From NCBI GenBank assembly GCA_021648625.1, contig JAKISK010000001.1, positions 1 through 58,264 on the forward strand: 58,264 nucleotides of DNA. Direction: 5' to 3'. The notes below the pieces were generated by a model. The model was not told where the DNA came from, did not search any database, and saw nothing but the letters and a program-made list of their open reading frames with translations. A program made the translations under genes and the position numbers. Position 1 is the stretch's first letter; the number at the start of each line of letters is the position of its first letter. This DNA comes from Thiomicrorhabdus sp. GTDB taxonomy: Bacteria > Pseudomonadota > Gammaproteobacteria > Thiomicrospirales > Thiomicrospiraceae. This document shows, piece by piece, positions 10,561 to 20,850 of the stretch.

Positions 10561-11403
10561 ATGTTGGTTACCCATTCTGGACGTTTTCATGCTGATGAAA
10601 TTTTTGCCATCGCCATGATTCAAATGATTAAAACCGTTGATATTACCCGTACCCGAGATCAAGAGATTATTGATCAAGCCGATATTGTGCTGGACGTAGG
10701 CGCGGAGTACAATCCCGAAACCTTACGCTTTGACCACCATCAAAACAGCTTTACTAAAACTCGTGAAGATGGCACTCCCTTTGCCACGGCAGGATTAGTT
10801 TGGGAGCACTTTGGTAAAGAGGTACTCGCCAAAAAAGGACTTAAAGGCGATTATGAAATTCAATTTGCGCAACAGTGGGTCGATCAAAAAATCATTCACG
10901 ACATCGACGCGGTAGACAATGGACTGTTTACCGAAGACCCGCGCCCTTCTGTTTCTATGATTATCGGCATGATGAACGCCTCTTCCACCGACGATGATGA
11001 ACAACAAAATGCGGCCTTTTATCAAGCCATTGAGTTCACCAGTATGATCCTCAACAACTTCATTAAAAGTGCCGTTAAAGAGGCCGAAAACATTGTTGCA
11101 CTGGAAGCCTACGCCAAAACCGTCAACAACGGCATTTTAATCTTAGACAAACACCTACCGTTTAAAGATTTTTTGTACAGTCATCCCGAAATAAAACGCG
11201 TGGTCTATCCAAGAAACGACGAACAATTTGGCGTGTACTGCAATGGCAAAGAGAACCATCTGCCCGAACGGTTTAGAGGGTTAAGAAGCGATGAACTCAA
11301 TGCCATCACAGGGTTAAATGACACCGTCTTTTGCCATAAATCGGGCTTTATGAGCGTAACCAACAGCCAAGAAAGCGCGCTTTTTATGGCTGAAAGCAAC
11401 TAA
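10561..11403 (+). CDS. MYG1-family (UPF0160) DHH hydrolase/exonuclease
   Basis: THSGRFHADE, RTRD, DVG, FDHHQ, DAVDNG, FCHKSGF. Confidence 0.9.
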   Translation: MLVTHSGRFHADEIFAIAMIQMIKTVDITRTRDQEIIDQADIVLDVGAEYNPETLRFDHHQNSFTKTREDGTPFATAGLVWEHFGKEVLAKKGLKGDYEIQFAQQWVDQKIIHDIDAVDNGLFTEDPRPSVSMIIGMMNASSTDDDEQQNAAFYQAIEFTSMILNNFIKSAVKEAENIVALEAYAKTVNNGILILDKHLPFKDFLYSHPEIKRVVYPRNDEQFGVYCNGKENHLPERFRGLRSDELNAITGLNDTVFCHKSGFMSVTNSQESALFMAESN

Positions 11404-11437
11404 GAGCTTATCCATGAAGCCTGTCCAAAAACAAGTA

Positions 11438-12577
11438 TCAACGAACACCGCTCTCATCTCCAATGGTTTTAACCTCCGCCAGTTCGTTATTCATAGCCGA
11501 CTCAATGTGTAAGGTACGTGTTGGAAATGCCATCTCAGCCTCATGCGCTTCCACAATGTCACTGATTTTTAACAACACATCTTCTTTCACTTCATGAAAA
11601 CGAATCCAGTTTATGGTTTTTGTGAAGGTGTAAATAAAAAAATCTAATGAAGAGGGGCCAAACTGGTTAAAGTTCACAATCAATGTTTGTCGGGTATCAA
11701 TGTCTGGGTGATTTTTAAGCATCGTTTTAACCGCCTGAATAATGTCACGCATTTTATGTACATCCGCATAACGAACCCCCATGGTCTCTTTAATACGACG
11801 ATGGGTCATTCTCGATGGGTTTTCAATGGCAATATTGGCAAAGATACCATTTGGAATATACAACGGACGTTTGTCAAAGGTGCGCACGGTCGTCATTCGC
11901 CAACCAATGTTCTCGACTGTGCCTTCAATTTTACGGTCAGGCGAACGAATCCACTCCCCCACTTTAAACGGCTTATCTAAATACAACATTAACCCGCCAA
12001 ATACATTGCCTAACAAGTCTTTTGCGGCAAAACCGATGGCAATGCCCCCAACGCCCCCAAAGGCCAACAAGCCTGTTAAACTCACGCCAAATGCATTTAA
12101 GAAAAACAGCCCTGTTAAAATAAAGGCAAACAGTTTAATAATTTTAGCCAGCGCCTCAACCGTTACTTCATCCAAACGGTCATCGCCTGAAGCAAAGGTT
12201 TTAAGGTGGGTCTCCAGTCGTTGCACCAATCGAATCACAAACCACCCAACCGACAGCGTTAAAATGGTGTTTTTAAAAGCATTAATATAGTCCACGATGC
12301 CAATGTAAATTTCCAACTGCAAAATCAACGTCGTTAAGGCCAAAATCGTTCCTGTCACCCAAATAAAGAACGAGATAGGCGCTCTTGTCGCATCGACAAA
12401 GCTGTCCAACCACACGCGTTTTTTGCGCTCCAAATATAAGTGAATAGACCTCAATACACGACGTTGAATAACATCAAAAATAGCCGTTACCAACAAAATA
12501 GAGATCACCAGCAACAACCAAACATGACCGCCAAATAACGCCACTAAACTGGCCCAAATTTCCATTAAAAATTCCAC
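11438..12577 (-). CDS. MscS-family mechanosensitive channel
   Basis: TM helices, GGIAIGFAAKD, DKPFKVGEWI, GTVENIGWR, AFPTRT. Confidence 0.92.
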   Translation of the reverse strand: MEFLMEIWASLVALFGGHVWLLLVISILLVTAIFDVIQRRVLRSIHLYLERKKRVWLDSFVDATRAPISFFIWVTGTILALTTLILQLEIYIGIVDYINAFKNTILTLSVGWFVIRLVQRLETHLKTFASGDDRLDEVTVEALAKIIKLFAFILTGLFFLNAFGVSLTGLLAFGGVGGIAIGFAAKDLLGNVFGGLMLYLDKPFKVGEWIRSPDRKIEGTVENIGWRMTTVRTFDKRPLYIPNGIFANIAIENPSRMTHRRIKETMGVRYADVHKMRDIIQAVKTMLKNHPDIDTRQTLIVNFNQFGPSSLDFFIYTFTKTINWIRFHEVKEDVLLKISDIVEAHEAEMAFPTRTLHIESAMNNELAEVKTIGDESGVR

Positions 12578-13647
12578 TAAATTAACTCCTGCTGACAGCT
12601 CTTCTGATTTAAATCATTTACCACATTCACCGCCGCTTGCCATAAAGGATCAAACCGCAATGATGAATACTTAAATTTACCATGCCCATGCAAACGAATT
12701 AACCGCGCATGAGACAGCGTACAGCCATGCCAATTTACATTGACCAGCACATCATCTGCGGCCTCGGAATCATTACACACCAGCACCAAATCACACCCCG
12801 CTTGCAACGCCTTAAATACACGCTCCGCCACGCCGCCATAAGCCACTGCGGCCTTCATGCTCATATCATCACTGATAATCGCGCCCTCAAAATGACACTG
12901 CTTACGTAACACCGCTTGCAACCAAACCTCTGAAAATCCTGCGGGCAAGCTGTCCACCTTAGGGTAGATCACATGCGCGGGCATCACGGCGTCCAATCCA
13001 TTTTCAATCAATCGCAAAAAGGGTTGCATATCATGTTGCTGAATTTCCATAAAAGGCCGTTCATCCACCGCCACACTTAGATGGGTATCTGCCTCAATAA
13101 ACCCATGCCCTGGAAAGTGCTTTGCCACGGCCGCCATACCAGCTTTTCGCATACCCAACATCAAATGAAACGATAAGTTTCCTACCGCCACGCAATGCGG
13201 ATGAAATGCACGATCGCCAATGACGGTACTGCCACCATAATCCAAATCGACCACGGGCGCAAAACTAAAATCTACCCCTACCGACAACAACTCTGCGGCC
13301 AATAGCCAACCTATTTTTTCCGCCGCCTCATAACTCTGCTGTTCATTTTGTTCATACAACTCGCCTAAGGCTCGCATGGGAGGCAATCGCGTAAATCCTT
13401 CACGAAAACGTTGCACGCGCCCGCCTTCATGATCCACCGCCACCAATAACCGAGGGTGGCGTAAGCTGTGTATTTTGGTAATTAAACGCTGCAACTGCTC
13501 AATAGATTCAAAGTTACGACTGAATAAAATAACCCCCGCCACGATAGGATTCATCAAGCGTTTCGCTTCAACTGGTTGCAAATTCACTCCTTCAAGATCA
13601 ATCATAATCGACCCTAAAGACATTGCTTCACCCGCTATTTTTTTCAT
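12577..13647 (-). CDS. nagZ: Beta-N-acetylhexosaminidase
   Basis: DHEGGRVQR, KHFPGHG...DTH, SDDMSM. Confidence 0.95.
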   Translation of the reverse strand: MKKIAGEAMSLGSIMIDLEGVNLQPVEAKRLMNPIVAGVILFSRNFESIEQLQRLITKIHSLRHPRLLVAVDHEGGRVQRFREGFTRLPPMRALGELYEQNEQQSYEAAEKIGWLLAAELLSVGVDFSFAPVVDLDYGGSTVIGDRAFHPHCVAVGNLSFHLMLGMRKAGMAAVAKHFPGHGFIEADTHLSVAVDERPFMEIQQHDMQPFLRLIENGLDAVMPAHVIYPKVDSLPAGFSEVWLQAVLRKQCHFEGAIISDDMSMKAAVAYGGVAERVFKALQAGCDLVLVCNDSEAADDVLVNVNWHGCTLSHARLIRLHGHGKFKYSSLRFDPLWQAAVNVVNDLNQKSCQQELI

Positions 13648-13693
13648 CTAATTTCACCATTTTCACGAAACTGTCATATTGATTTATTATAAT

Positions 13694-13871
13694 CCCTAAT
13701 CCCCAGATAGAATATACGTTTATAGCACAAGTCCTTGACGTACCTAGCAAATTCAAAAAAGAGCGCATCACCAATAAGGTGACTTCTTGAATTCAAGCCT
13801 TACCTTTTTTAAATTCACTATGCACATCAATTACTTGCACTCTAATTCGCACTTCTATCTGGGGATTAGGG
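13694..13871. mobile_element. 178-bp MITE with 19-bp perfect terminal inverted repeats and 5-bp target duplication
   Basis: CCCTAATCCCCAGATAGAA (13694-13712) ... TTCTATCTGGGGATTAGGG (13853-13871), flanked by ATAAT at 13689-13693 and 13872-13876. Confidence 0.85.
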
Positions 13872-13908
13872 ATAATTTTTACTGAATCAATCAAAGAAGA
13901 CACTTATC

Positions 13909-14364
13909 ATGCCAAAACTCATTGGAATTGCAACCCATACTCAAGCAAAAGGGGCAATCACTCAACACCAGAGTATTCAAGTTACCCTGCAAGCGGGACT
14001 TGAAAATGACTACCGTGGTCAAAGAGATCCCCAGAAACAAGTGACGCTATTATCCGCCAAAACATGGAACCGCATCTGTCAAAACTTAGGCATAAGCTTA
14101 GACTGGAGCGAAAGAAGGGCAAACTTATTAATTGATGACATTGATTTTAACGAAGGCGAAACGCTCATTGGTCAACAGGTTCAAATTGGAAAAATACTGC
14201 TCGAAATTACCGCCGAAACCGACCCCTGTTCACGAATGGATGAACTGCACCTCGGTCTAAAAAAAGCCCTAGCACCAAATTGGTCTGGGGGTGCTCGCTG
14301 TAAAGTACTCAAAGCGGGTACGATACAAATAGGCGATAAAATCCATGTACTCAAACGAATTTAG
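13909..14364 (+). CDS. MOSC domain protein
   Basis: GLEND, QVTL, RRANL, PCSRM, GTIQIGD. Confidence 0.88.
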   Translation: MPKLIGIATHTQAKGAITQHQSIQVTLQAGLENDYRGQRDPQKQVTLLSAKTWNRICQNLGISLDWSERRANLLIDDIDFNEGETLIGQQVQIGKILLEITAETDPCSRMDELHLGLKKALAPNWSGGARCKVLKAGTIQIGDKIHVLKRI

Positions 14365-14523
14365 CCCATCACTGAATTTAAACCCATTACAAAACCTTCA
14401 CTCTCTGACAGTCTTACCCCCACCTTTCACCCTTTTTTAACTTATCCACCGAAATAAACATAAAAATGGCATAATACAAAATACTTAATTATAAACACTT
14501 TAATCCATTGAAAATAGTTGACT

Positions 14524-15555
14524 ATGAAAACACTGACCATTACCCGTCCAGACGATTGGCACTTACACCTGCGCGATGGCGCGGTGCTTAATAATTTAGT
14601 GCCCGCCACCGCACGTACGTTTGAACGTGCCATTATCATGCCCAACCTTGTTCCGCCCGTAACCACCACCGAGTTAGCCCTGAGCTATCGTGAGCGTATT
14701 TTGGCGGCAAGACCCGCGGGCAGCTCTTTTCAACCTTTGATGACACTCTATCTCACCAACAACACCAGCCCAGAAGAGATTCGTGCGGCCAAAGCGTCGG
14801 GGCATATTTACGGTTGCAAACTCTATCCTGCGGGCGCCACCACTAACTCCGACAGTGGCGTAACGGATGTTGCCAATATCTACCCTGCGCTTGAAGCCAT
14901 GCAAGAAGTTGGCCTACCATTATTAGTGCACGGAGAAGTGACTGCGGCGGAGGTTGATATTTTTGATCGTGAAGCACGCTTTATCGAAACCGTACTGGAG
15001 CCACTGCTACAGCGTATGCCAAATTTACGCGTAGTGTTTGAGCACATCACCACCGCCGATGCCGCTGAATTTGTGCGTAATGCCAATGAAAACGTCGCCG
15101 CCACCATTACCGTACAACACTTAATGTTAAATCGTAACGATATGTTAGTGGGAGGCATTCGTCCACACCACTACTGCTTGCCCGTATTAAAACGTGAACG
15201 TCATCGTCAAGCGTTGGTCGAAGCCGCCATTAGCGACAGTGGTAAATTCTTTCTTGGTACCGACAGCGCCCCACACAGTCAGTGCAAAAAAGAGAACGCA
15301 TGTGGCTGTGCAGGCATTTACACCGCACCTGCCGCAATTGAATGGTATGCGGAGATTTTTGAAGAAGCGGGCGCTTTAGATAAATTAGAAGGGTTTGCCA
15401 GCCACTACGGCCCCGATTTTTATAATCTCCCTTATAATAGTAAGACCATCACCCTCGTGAATCAACCTTGGAAGATGGCTGAAACACTGCCACTTGCGGA
15501 TGCAAGCATCGTGCCGTTTCAAGCAGGTAAAATGGTTCAATGGAAAGTGGAATAA
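14524..15555 (+). CDS. pyrC: Dihydroorotase
   Basis: [34 protein letters not shown]. Confidence 0.98.
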   Translation: MKTLTITRPDDWHLHLRDGAVLNNLVPATARTFERAIIMPNLVPPVTTTELALSYRERILAARPAGSSFQPLMTLYLTNNTSPEEIRAAKASGHIYGCKLYPAGATTNSDSGVTDVANIYPALEAMQEVGLPLLVHGEVTAAEVDIFDREARFIETVLEPLLQRMPNLRVVFEHITTADAAEFVRNANENVAATITVQHLMLNRNDMLVGGIRPHHYCLPVLKRERHRQALVEAAISDSGKFFLGTDSAPHSQCKKENACGCAGIYTAPAAIEWYAEIFEEAGALDKLEGFASHYGPDFYNLPYNSKTITLVNQPWKMAETLPLADASIVPFQAGKMVQWKVE

Positions 15556-15571
15556 CACGGAATAACATAAT

Positions 15572-16000
15572 ATGAAGTCAGAAAAACACGCCGACAATCA
15601 AGCATGGATATTTATTTTTGGCGCTTGGTTGGTCGCCGCCCTCTCTACACTCGGGAGCCTCTTCTTTAGCGAAGTAATGGAGCTGATTCCTTGCGTGCTG
15701 TGTTGGTACCAACGAATTTTTCTCTTTCCGCTGGCGGTTATTTTGTTAGTTGCGCTTTTTCCACTGGATAAAAATGTAGTGCGCTATGCACTGCCCATCG
15801 CCATTATTGGGTTACTCTTTACCGTCTATCACGTTCTGCTGTTTTACGGCTTAATTCCAGAAACCATGCAACCCTGTACCCAAGGCGTCTCCTGCTCGGA
15901 TGACAGCATGGTTCTGTTTGGGGTTTTACCCATCCCTCTGCTCTCAATCGCGGCATTTTCCTCTATTATTTTACTGTTACTTAAGGCAAGAAAATCATGA
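15572..16000 (+). CDS. dsbB: Disulfide bond formation protein B (DsbB/BdbC-like)
   Basis: PCVLCWYQR, second Cys pair CTQGVSC, four TM helices. Confidence 0.9.
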   Translation: MKSEKHADNQAWIFIFGAWLVAALSTLGSLFFSEVMELIPCVLCWYQRIFLFPLAVILLVALFPLDKNVVRYALPIAIIGLLFTVYHVLLFYGLIPETMQPCTQGVSCSDDSMVLFGVLPIPLLSIAAFSSIILLLLKARKS

Positions 16001-16650
16001 AAAAAAACAACATTATCATCGCAACCATCGTCATTATGATTGCCATTTTTGCAATCGCAACCTATGTTTACAATACCAAACAGGTTGAAACGAAAACGAA
16101 TCTGGCCACGCAAAACAGCAGTGCACTCATTGCGGAGCACTCACCTATTAAAGGCAACCCACACGCCAAAGTAACCATTGTTGAATTTGTGGATCCTGCT
16201 TGTGAAACCTGTAAAGACTTTCACCCCATTATTATCGATATATTGAAAAAATACCCCGCAAAAATTAACGTCGTCATTCGCTATGCGCCCTTTCACCAAG
16301 GATCCGATAAAATGGTCGCTATTCTAGAAGCCGCACGTAAACAGGATAAGTTTTGGGATACCCTAGACCTTATGTTCGACACTCAAGCCTCTTGGGCAAT
16401 TCACCACAAAGCAAATCCTGATCTGTTCTTGAAAATTCTGAAAAAGAGTAACCTTTTAGATTTAGCACGCCTGAAACAAGACATGAACGATCCTGCGATT
16501 GCAAAGGTTATCCAGCAAGATCTCGCCGATGGCAAAACATTAGGTGCCAATAAAACACCTACTTTCTTTGTAAACGGCAAACCACTGCCTAGCTTTGGTT
16601 ATAACCAATTGATGGATTTAGTGAATAGCGAACTCGCGGCGAATTATTAA
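15997..16650 (+). CDS. DsbA/BdbD-like thioredoxin-fold oxidoreductase
   Basis: VEFVDPACETC (CxxC), TPTFFVNG cis-Pro loop. Confidence 0.9.
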   Translation: MKKNNIIIATIVIMIAIFAIATYVYNTKQVETKTNLATQNSSALIAEHSPIKGNPHAKVTIVEFVDPACETCKDFHPIIIDILKKYPAKINVVIRYAPFHQGSDKMVAILEAARKQDKFWDTLDLMFDTQASWAIHHKANPDLFLKILKKSNLLDLARLKQDMNDPAIAKVIQQDLADGKTLGANKTPTFFVNGKPLPSFGYNQLMDLVNSELAANY

Positions 16651-16764
16651 CCCCCCATCATTTATCGTTACATAATTTAGTCACCGCTCAGACAGCCCCT
16701 AAAACTCACCATTTTAGGGAAGCGCTCAGTGGTTACCAAACACTCAAAAAAACTGCATCTAAAA

Positions 16765-18624
16765 ATGACAAAGCCCCCCCTTCACTACACCATTACCCCA
16801 AGCGACCCTAAAGGTCATCTATTTGAGGTAACCCTTACCATTGATGCCCCCGAACAACCCACGCAAACGGTTTGTTTACCCAACTGGATTCCGGGCAGCT
16901 ATTTAATTCGTGACTTCTCAAAACACTTCATTGGCTTACGCGCCGAGAACGCTCAGCAAGAACCACTTGAACTCACAATATTAGAAAAATCCAGCTGGCA
17001 GTTTGCCAGTGATGGGCAGGCGGTGACCTTGCGATATCAAGTGTATGCGTGGGATCTATCGGTTAGAGGCGCACACTTTGATGAGAGCCATGCCTTTTTC
17101 AATGGTACTTCGGTATTTTTAGCCGTGGAAAATCAACGAGATACACCGTGTTCTTTACAGTTAAGTTTAACTAGGTTTACTCAAGAAAATAACTGGAAAG
17201 TCGCCACGGGTTTACCAGCGACTAACGTAGATACTCAAGGCTTTGGCCACTACCAAGCCAACGATTACAATGATCTTATTGACCACCCCTTTGAGCTAGG
17301 AACCTTTACCGAAATTGAGTTTATGGCCTGTGGAATCCCCCATAAAATGGTCTTAACAGGGGTGTTTGAATGCGATGAAGCACGCCTAAAGCAAGATCTA
17401 ATTAAGATTTGTGAAACCGAACTAAAATTTTTCCCCCCCCCTATTCCCATCAAAAACTACCTCTTTCAAGTAATGGTCACGGGCAGTGATTACGGTGGCT
17501 TAGAGCACCGTAACTCCACCGCACTCATGTGCAGTCGTAACGATTTACCCTATCAAGGCATGACCCAAGCCACCGATGGCTATTTACAGTTTTTAGAACT
17601 GTGCAGTCACGAATACTTTCATACATGGAATGTAAAGCGAATCCAACCCGCCGTCTACCAGCAAGCCGATTTATCAACCCCCGTATACACCAATCAACTC
17701 TGGTGGTTTGAAGGCATAACCTCCTATTACGATGGATTAATACTACAACGCGCAGGATTAATTGATAACGACCTCTATCTGAAATTATTAGCAAAACAGA
17801 TGACCCGAGTCTACCGAATGCCCGGACGGTTTCAACAATCCGTAGCAGAGTCGAGCCTAACCACCTGGACCAAGTTTTACCAACAAGATGAAAATGCCCC
17901 CAATGCCATCATAAGCTACTACACCAAAGGCAGTTTAATTGCACTAGGGTTAGATTTAACCATTCGCCAACAGACCCAAGGGAAAAAATCGCTCGACGAT
18001 GTGCTGATTCATTTATGGCAACATTTTGGACAACAAGGCATTGGCCTGCAAGAAGGGCAAATTGAGCAAATTTGTTCTGAGGTTTCAGGCATTGATTTAA
18101 GCGACTTTTTTAACCGTTATCTGTACGGCACAGAAGACCTACCGTTTAAACAACTCTTTGCCCCATTTGGCATCGAATTCAGCTTACGCCCAGCCACAAG
18201 TTTAAGCGATTTAGGGGGGGCTCTTTTTAGTACCCCCTTGAGGGGTGAGAAAAAAGAAGAGAACCCAGCCCAAACCCTGCATTTAGGGGTAAATTTAGCC
18301 GAAACCGCTCAAAAAACCGTCAAAATCACCCACGTTTGGCAACAACAACCCGCCTACCACGCAGGCTTGGCGGCAGGCGATGAGCTCATTGCCATCAACC
18401 AAATTAAAATCAGCAGCAAACAGCAAATAGAAACCCTGCTCAAACGTAGCCAACCCAATACCACTTGGACATGCCACTACTTTAGACGCGACGAACTAAG
18501 AGAGTGTCAAATCTCCCCAACTCTCCCGCCTGCCGATCGAGTGGTCTTAATTGAAAAAAGCACATTCGGTTTTGCTCAAGACAGCGAACTGAATGTAAGC
18601 AAATACACTCCAAAATGGCTCTAA
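16765..18624 (+). CDS. M61 glycyl aminopeptidase with PDZ domain
   Basis: WIPGSY, GGLEH, SHEYFHTWN, WFEGIT, SYYTKG, PAYHAGL..GD; probable start MTKPP at 16765. Confidence 0.92.
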   Translation: MTKPPLHYTITPSDPKGHLFEVTLTIDAPEQPTQTVCLPNWIPGSYLIRDFSKHFIGLRAENAQQEPLELTILEKSSWQFASDGQAVTLRYQVYAWDLSVRGAHFDESHAFFNGTSVFLAVENQRDTPCSLQLSLTRFTQENNWKVATGLPATNVDTQGFGHYQANDYNDLIDHPFELGTFTEIEFMACGIPHKMVLTGVFECDEARLKQDLIKICETELKFFPPPIPIKNYLFQVMVTGSDYGGLEHRNSTALMCSRNDLPYQGMTQATDGYLQFLELCSHEYFHTWNVKRIQPAVYQQADLSTPVYTNQLWWFEGITSYYDGLILQRAGLIDNDLYLKLLAKQMTRVYRMPGRFQQSVAESSLTTWTKFYQQDENAPNAIISYYTKGSLIALGLDLTIRQQTQGKKSLDDVLIHLWQHFGQQGIGLQEGQIEQICSEVSGIDLSDFFNRYLYGTEDLPFKQLFAPFGIEFSLRPATSLSDLGGALFSTPLRGEKKEENPAQTLHLGVNLAETAQKTVKITHVWQQQPAYHAGLAAGDELIAINQIKISSKQQIETLLKRSQPNTTWTCHYFRRDELRECQISPTLPPADRVVLIEKSTFGFAQDSELNVSKYTPKWL

Positions 18625-18860
18625 AGATGGAAGCAAACAAACAAGCGCAGATTGTTGAGCAATTGCAACAGTTGCAAATGAACCAAGCCTATCAAGAAGA
18701 CACCATTGAAAGCCTTGAAAAAACCATTGCACTCCAGCATCAAGACATTCAACAGCTTAAACAACAACTTAAACTACTCTCTGAATTTTTAAAAAACATG
18801 AAACAACAAGATGATGGCATTAAACACATGCATGAAGAAACGCCACCACCGCATTATTAA
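18615..18860 (+). CDS. slyX: SlyX family protein
   Basis: AYQEDTIE coiled coil and C-terminal ETPPPHY. Confidence 0.9.
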   Translation: MALKMEANKQAQIVEQLQQLQMNQAYQEDTIESLEKTIALQHQDIQQLKQQLKLLSEFLKNMKQQDDGIKHMHEETPPPHY

Positions 18861-18863
18861 TGT

Positions 18864-19022
18864 GAGACCTTTGCACGAAAGGCTGCACGGATGAAAAAGG
18901 CTAAAATAGGCCTGATTTTCGTTGGAAACCTTGCGAATAGCTGACTATTCCCTGCAGTTTCCGCCTCAATCAGTCAAATTTTATCGCTTTTTCCTCTCGC
19001 GCCCCTTTCGTGCAAAGGTCTC
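18864..19022 (-). mobile_element. 159-bp MITE, copy 1
   Basis: TIR GAGACCTTTGCACGAAAG...CTTTCGTGCAAAGGTCTC; inverted relative to copies 2 and 3. Confidence 0.9.
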
Positions 19023-19090
19023 ACTGTGTTTAAATGACGGTAACATATTTTCTCCCCCCCCCTATCTTCTAGAAAAGGCAGATACACGAA

Positions 19091-19678
19091 ATGAAAACCA
19101 TTATTTTTCTTTTAATATTAGCAGGTACTTGGTATCACTTTTATTACATTGAAACACTGCCCAACTCAAATTCCGAAGAAACGGTAGATGCAGCGCCTTT
19201 TCAATATAAAACCGAAGCCAAAAAATTTGAATTTAAAGACGTCATTTTAACCAAAAAAGCCACGTATTCCGTCACCGCAAGAGTGATTTCAGCGGAGCGT
19301 TATCACCTAGATCGTAATTCAAACATTTCAACCATGGATATCGTGATTGGCTGGTACAACTTATCGGATGAAAAAATTCTAAATCAAATTGACTTTTCAC
19401 AATCCAGCCGCCAATACCAATGGAATGCGCCCACTCAAGTACTCACTGAGCCAGAGATTCAAAAAACCAGCAGTAATATCCACCTGATTCCTGCAAATGA
19501 TGACGTTGCACAACAACTCAAACAACTTAAAATCGGGCAAATAATCTATTTAAACGGAACATTAGTGGATGTAAACAATCCCTCAGGCTGGAACTGGAAA
19601 ACCTCTTTAACCCGTACCGATACGGGTAAAAATTCGAGTGAAATCTTGTATTTGACTGAGTTTGAAATTGTTGAGTAA
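19091..19678 (+). CDS. Conserved hypothetical membrane-anchored protein
   Basis: N-terminal TM; SNIHLIPA, GTLVDV, WKTSLTRTDTG. Confidence 0.75.
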   Translation: MKTIIFLLILAGTWYHFYYIETLPNSNSEETVDAAPFQYKTEAKKFEFKDVILTKKATYSVTARVISAERYHLDRNSNISTMDIVIGWYNLSDEKILNQIDFSQSSRQYQWNAPTQVLTEPEIQKTSSNIHLIPANDDVAQQLKQLKIGQIIYLNGTLVDVNNPSGWNWKTSLTRTDTGKNSSEILYLTEFEIVE

Positions 19679-19750
19679 ATTTTTTCTCCCCCCCCTGCAC
19701 AAATTCATGTAGGTGACATTCTGGCAAACTTATAACAAGAAGGCTAAATA

Positions 19751-20731
19751 ATGACTCAAGAAAAAATTATTATTTACCAAACTGATGATGGTCAAACTCA
19801 GGTTGATGTTAAATTAGAACGTGATACTGTTTGGCTTAACCGACACCAGTTATCACAATTGTTTGCTCGGGATATAAAAACCATCGGTAAACACATCAAT
19901 AATGTGTTTAAAGAAGGTGAACTGTCAAAAAATGAAGTTGTCGCAAATTTTGCGACAACTGCCCGTGACGGTAAAATTTATCAGGTAGAACACTATAGTT
20001 TTGATGTTATTATTTCAGTGGGCTATCGGGTTAAGTCCTTACAAGGAACGCAGTTTCGTATCTGGGCAACCACTCGCCTTAAAGAGCTCTTACTACAAGG
20101 CTACAGCCTGCATCAACAACGCTTTGAGCAAAACGCAACCGCTTTGCAACAAGCTCTAAAACTCATCGAAAAAACCGCAAAATCACCTGAATTAACACTG
20201 GATGCTGGACGAGGTTTAACAGAGATTGTTACTCGTTATACCCAGACTTTTTTATGGTTACAAAGTTATGATGAAGGCTTGTTGGATGAACCCCAAGGTG
20301 AAACAGGCGGGCATTTAATTTCCGCTGATAAAGCTATGCAGTTACTCGCCGAGTTCAAACAAGGCCTAATGGCACGCGGTGAGGCAACCCAGCTATTTGC
20401 CAAACCAAGAGCCGAAGGATTAAGCGGTATTTTTGGTAATTTAGAACAAAGCGTTTTTGGTGAGCCTGCCTACCCAACCATAGAAAGTAAAGCCGCCCAT
20501 TTATTGTATTTTGTGGTGAAAAACCACCCGTTTTCAGACGGCAACAAACGCAGTGGTGCATTTTTGTTTGTTGATTTTTTAAACCGCAATGGGCGTTTGT
20601 TTAATGTGCATGGTGAGGCGATTATTAATGATACAGGGCTGGCGGCTTTAACTTTGTTGGTGGCTGAATCAGATCCCAAACAAAAAGAGACTTTGATTCG
20701 ATTAATTATGCATATGCTTACACCACAATAA
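19751..20731 (+). CDS. RhuM-Fic/Doc fusion protein
   Basis: N-terminal RhuM (TVWL, VIISVGYRVKS..GTQFRIWAT); Fic motif HPFSDGNKRSG. Confidence 0.92.
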   Translation: MTQEKIIIYQTDDGQTQVDVKLERDTVWLNRHQLSQLFARDIKTIGKHINNVFKEGELSKNEVVANFATTARDGKIYQVEHYSFDVIISVGYRVKSLQGTQFRIWATTRLKELLLQGYSLHQQRFEQNATALQQALKLIEKTAKSPELTLDAGRGLTEIVTRYTQTFLWLQSYDEGLLDEPQGETGGHLISADKAMQLLAEFKQGLMARGEATQLFAKPRAEGLSGIFGNLEQSVFGEPAYPTIESKAAHLLYFVVKNHPFSDGNKRSGAFLFVDFLNRNGRLFNVHGEAIINDTGLAALTLLVAESDPKQKETLIRLIMHMLTPQ

Positions 20732-20850
20732 AGCCAGAGAAAAGCTCAGACAATATTTCAGCCGAGGATGGTAATACCGATTTATTGGGATTATCTGATG
20801 ATTAGGGTTAAGAATAACAATTTACAGGCTCATCTTTTAATAATCGATTA

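Noticed and set aside
11687-12290. Plus-strand ORFs over mscS, and similar long antisense ORFs (29030..29578, 34133..34618, 51372..52001, 54166..54762)
   Set aside because: Shadow frames of well-supported genes on the opposite strand
18922-19152. 76-aa ORF
   Set aside because: Starts inside MITE copy 1 and overlaps the real gene at 19091
20791-20807. TTATCTGATGATTAGGG resembling the right end of the 178-bp MITE
   Set aside because: Several mismatches and no matching left end found
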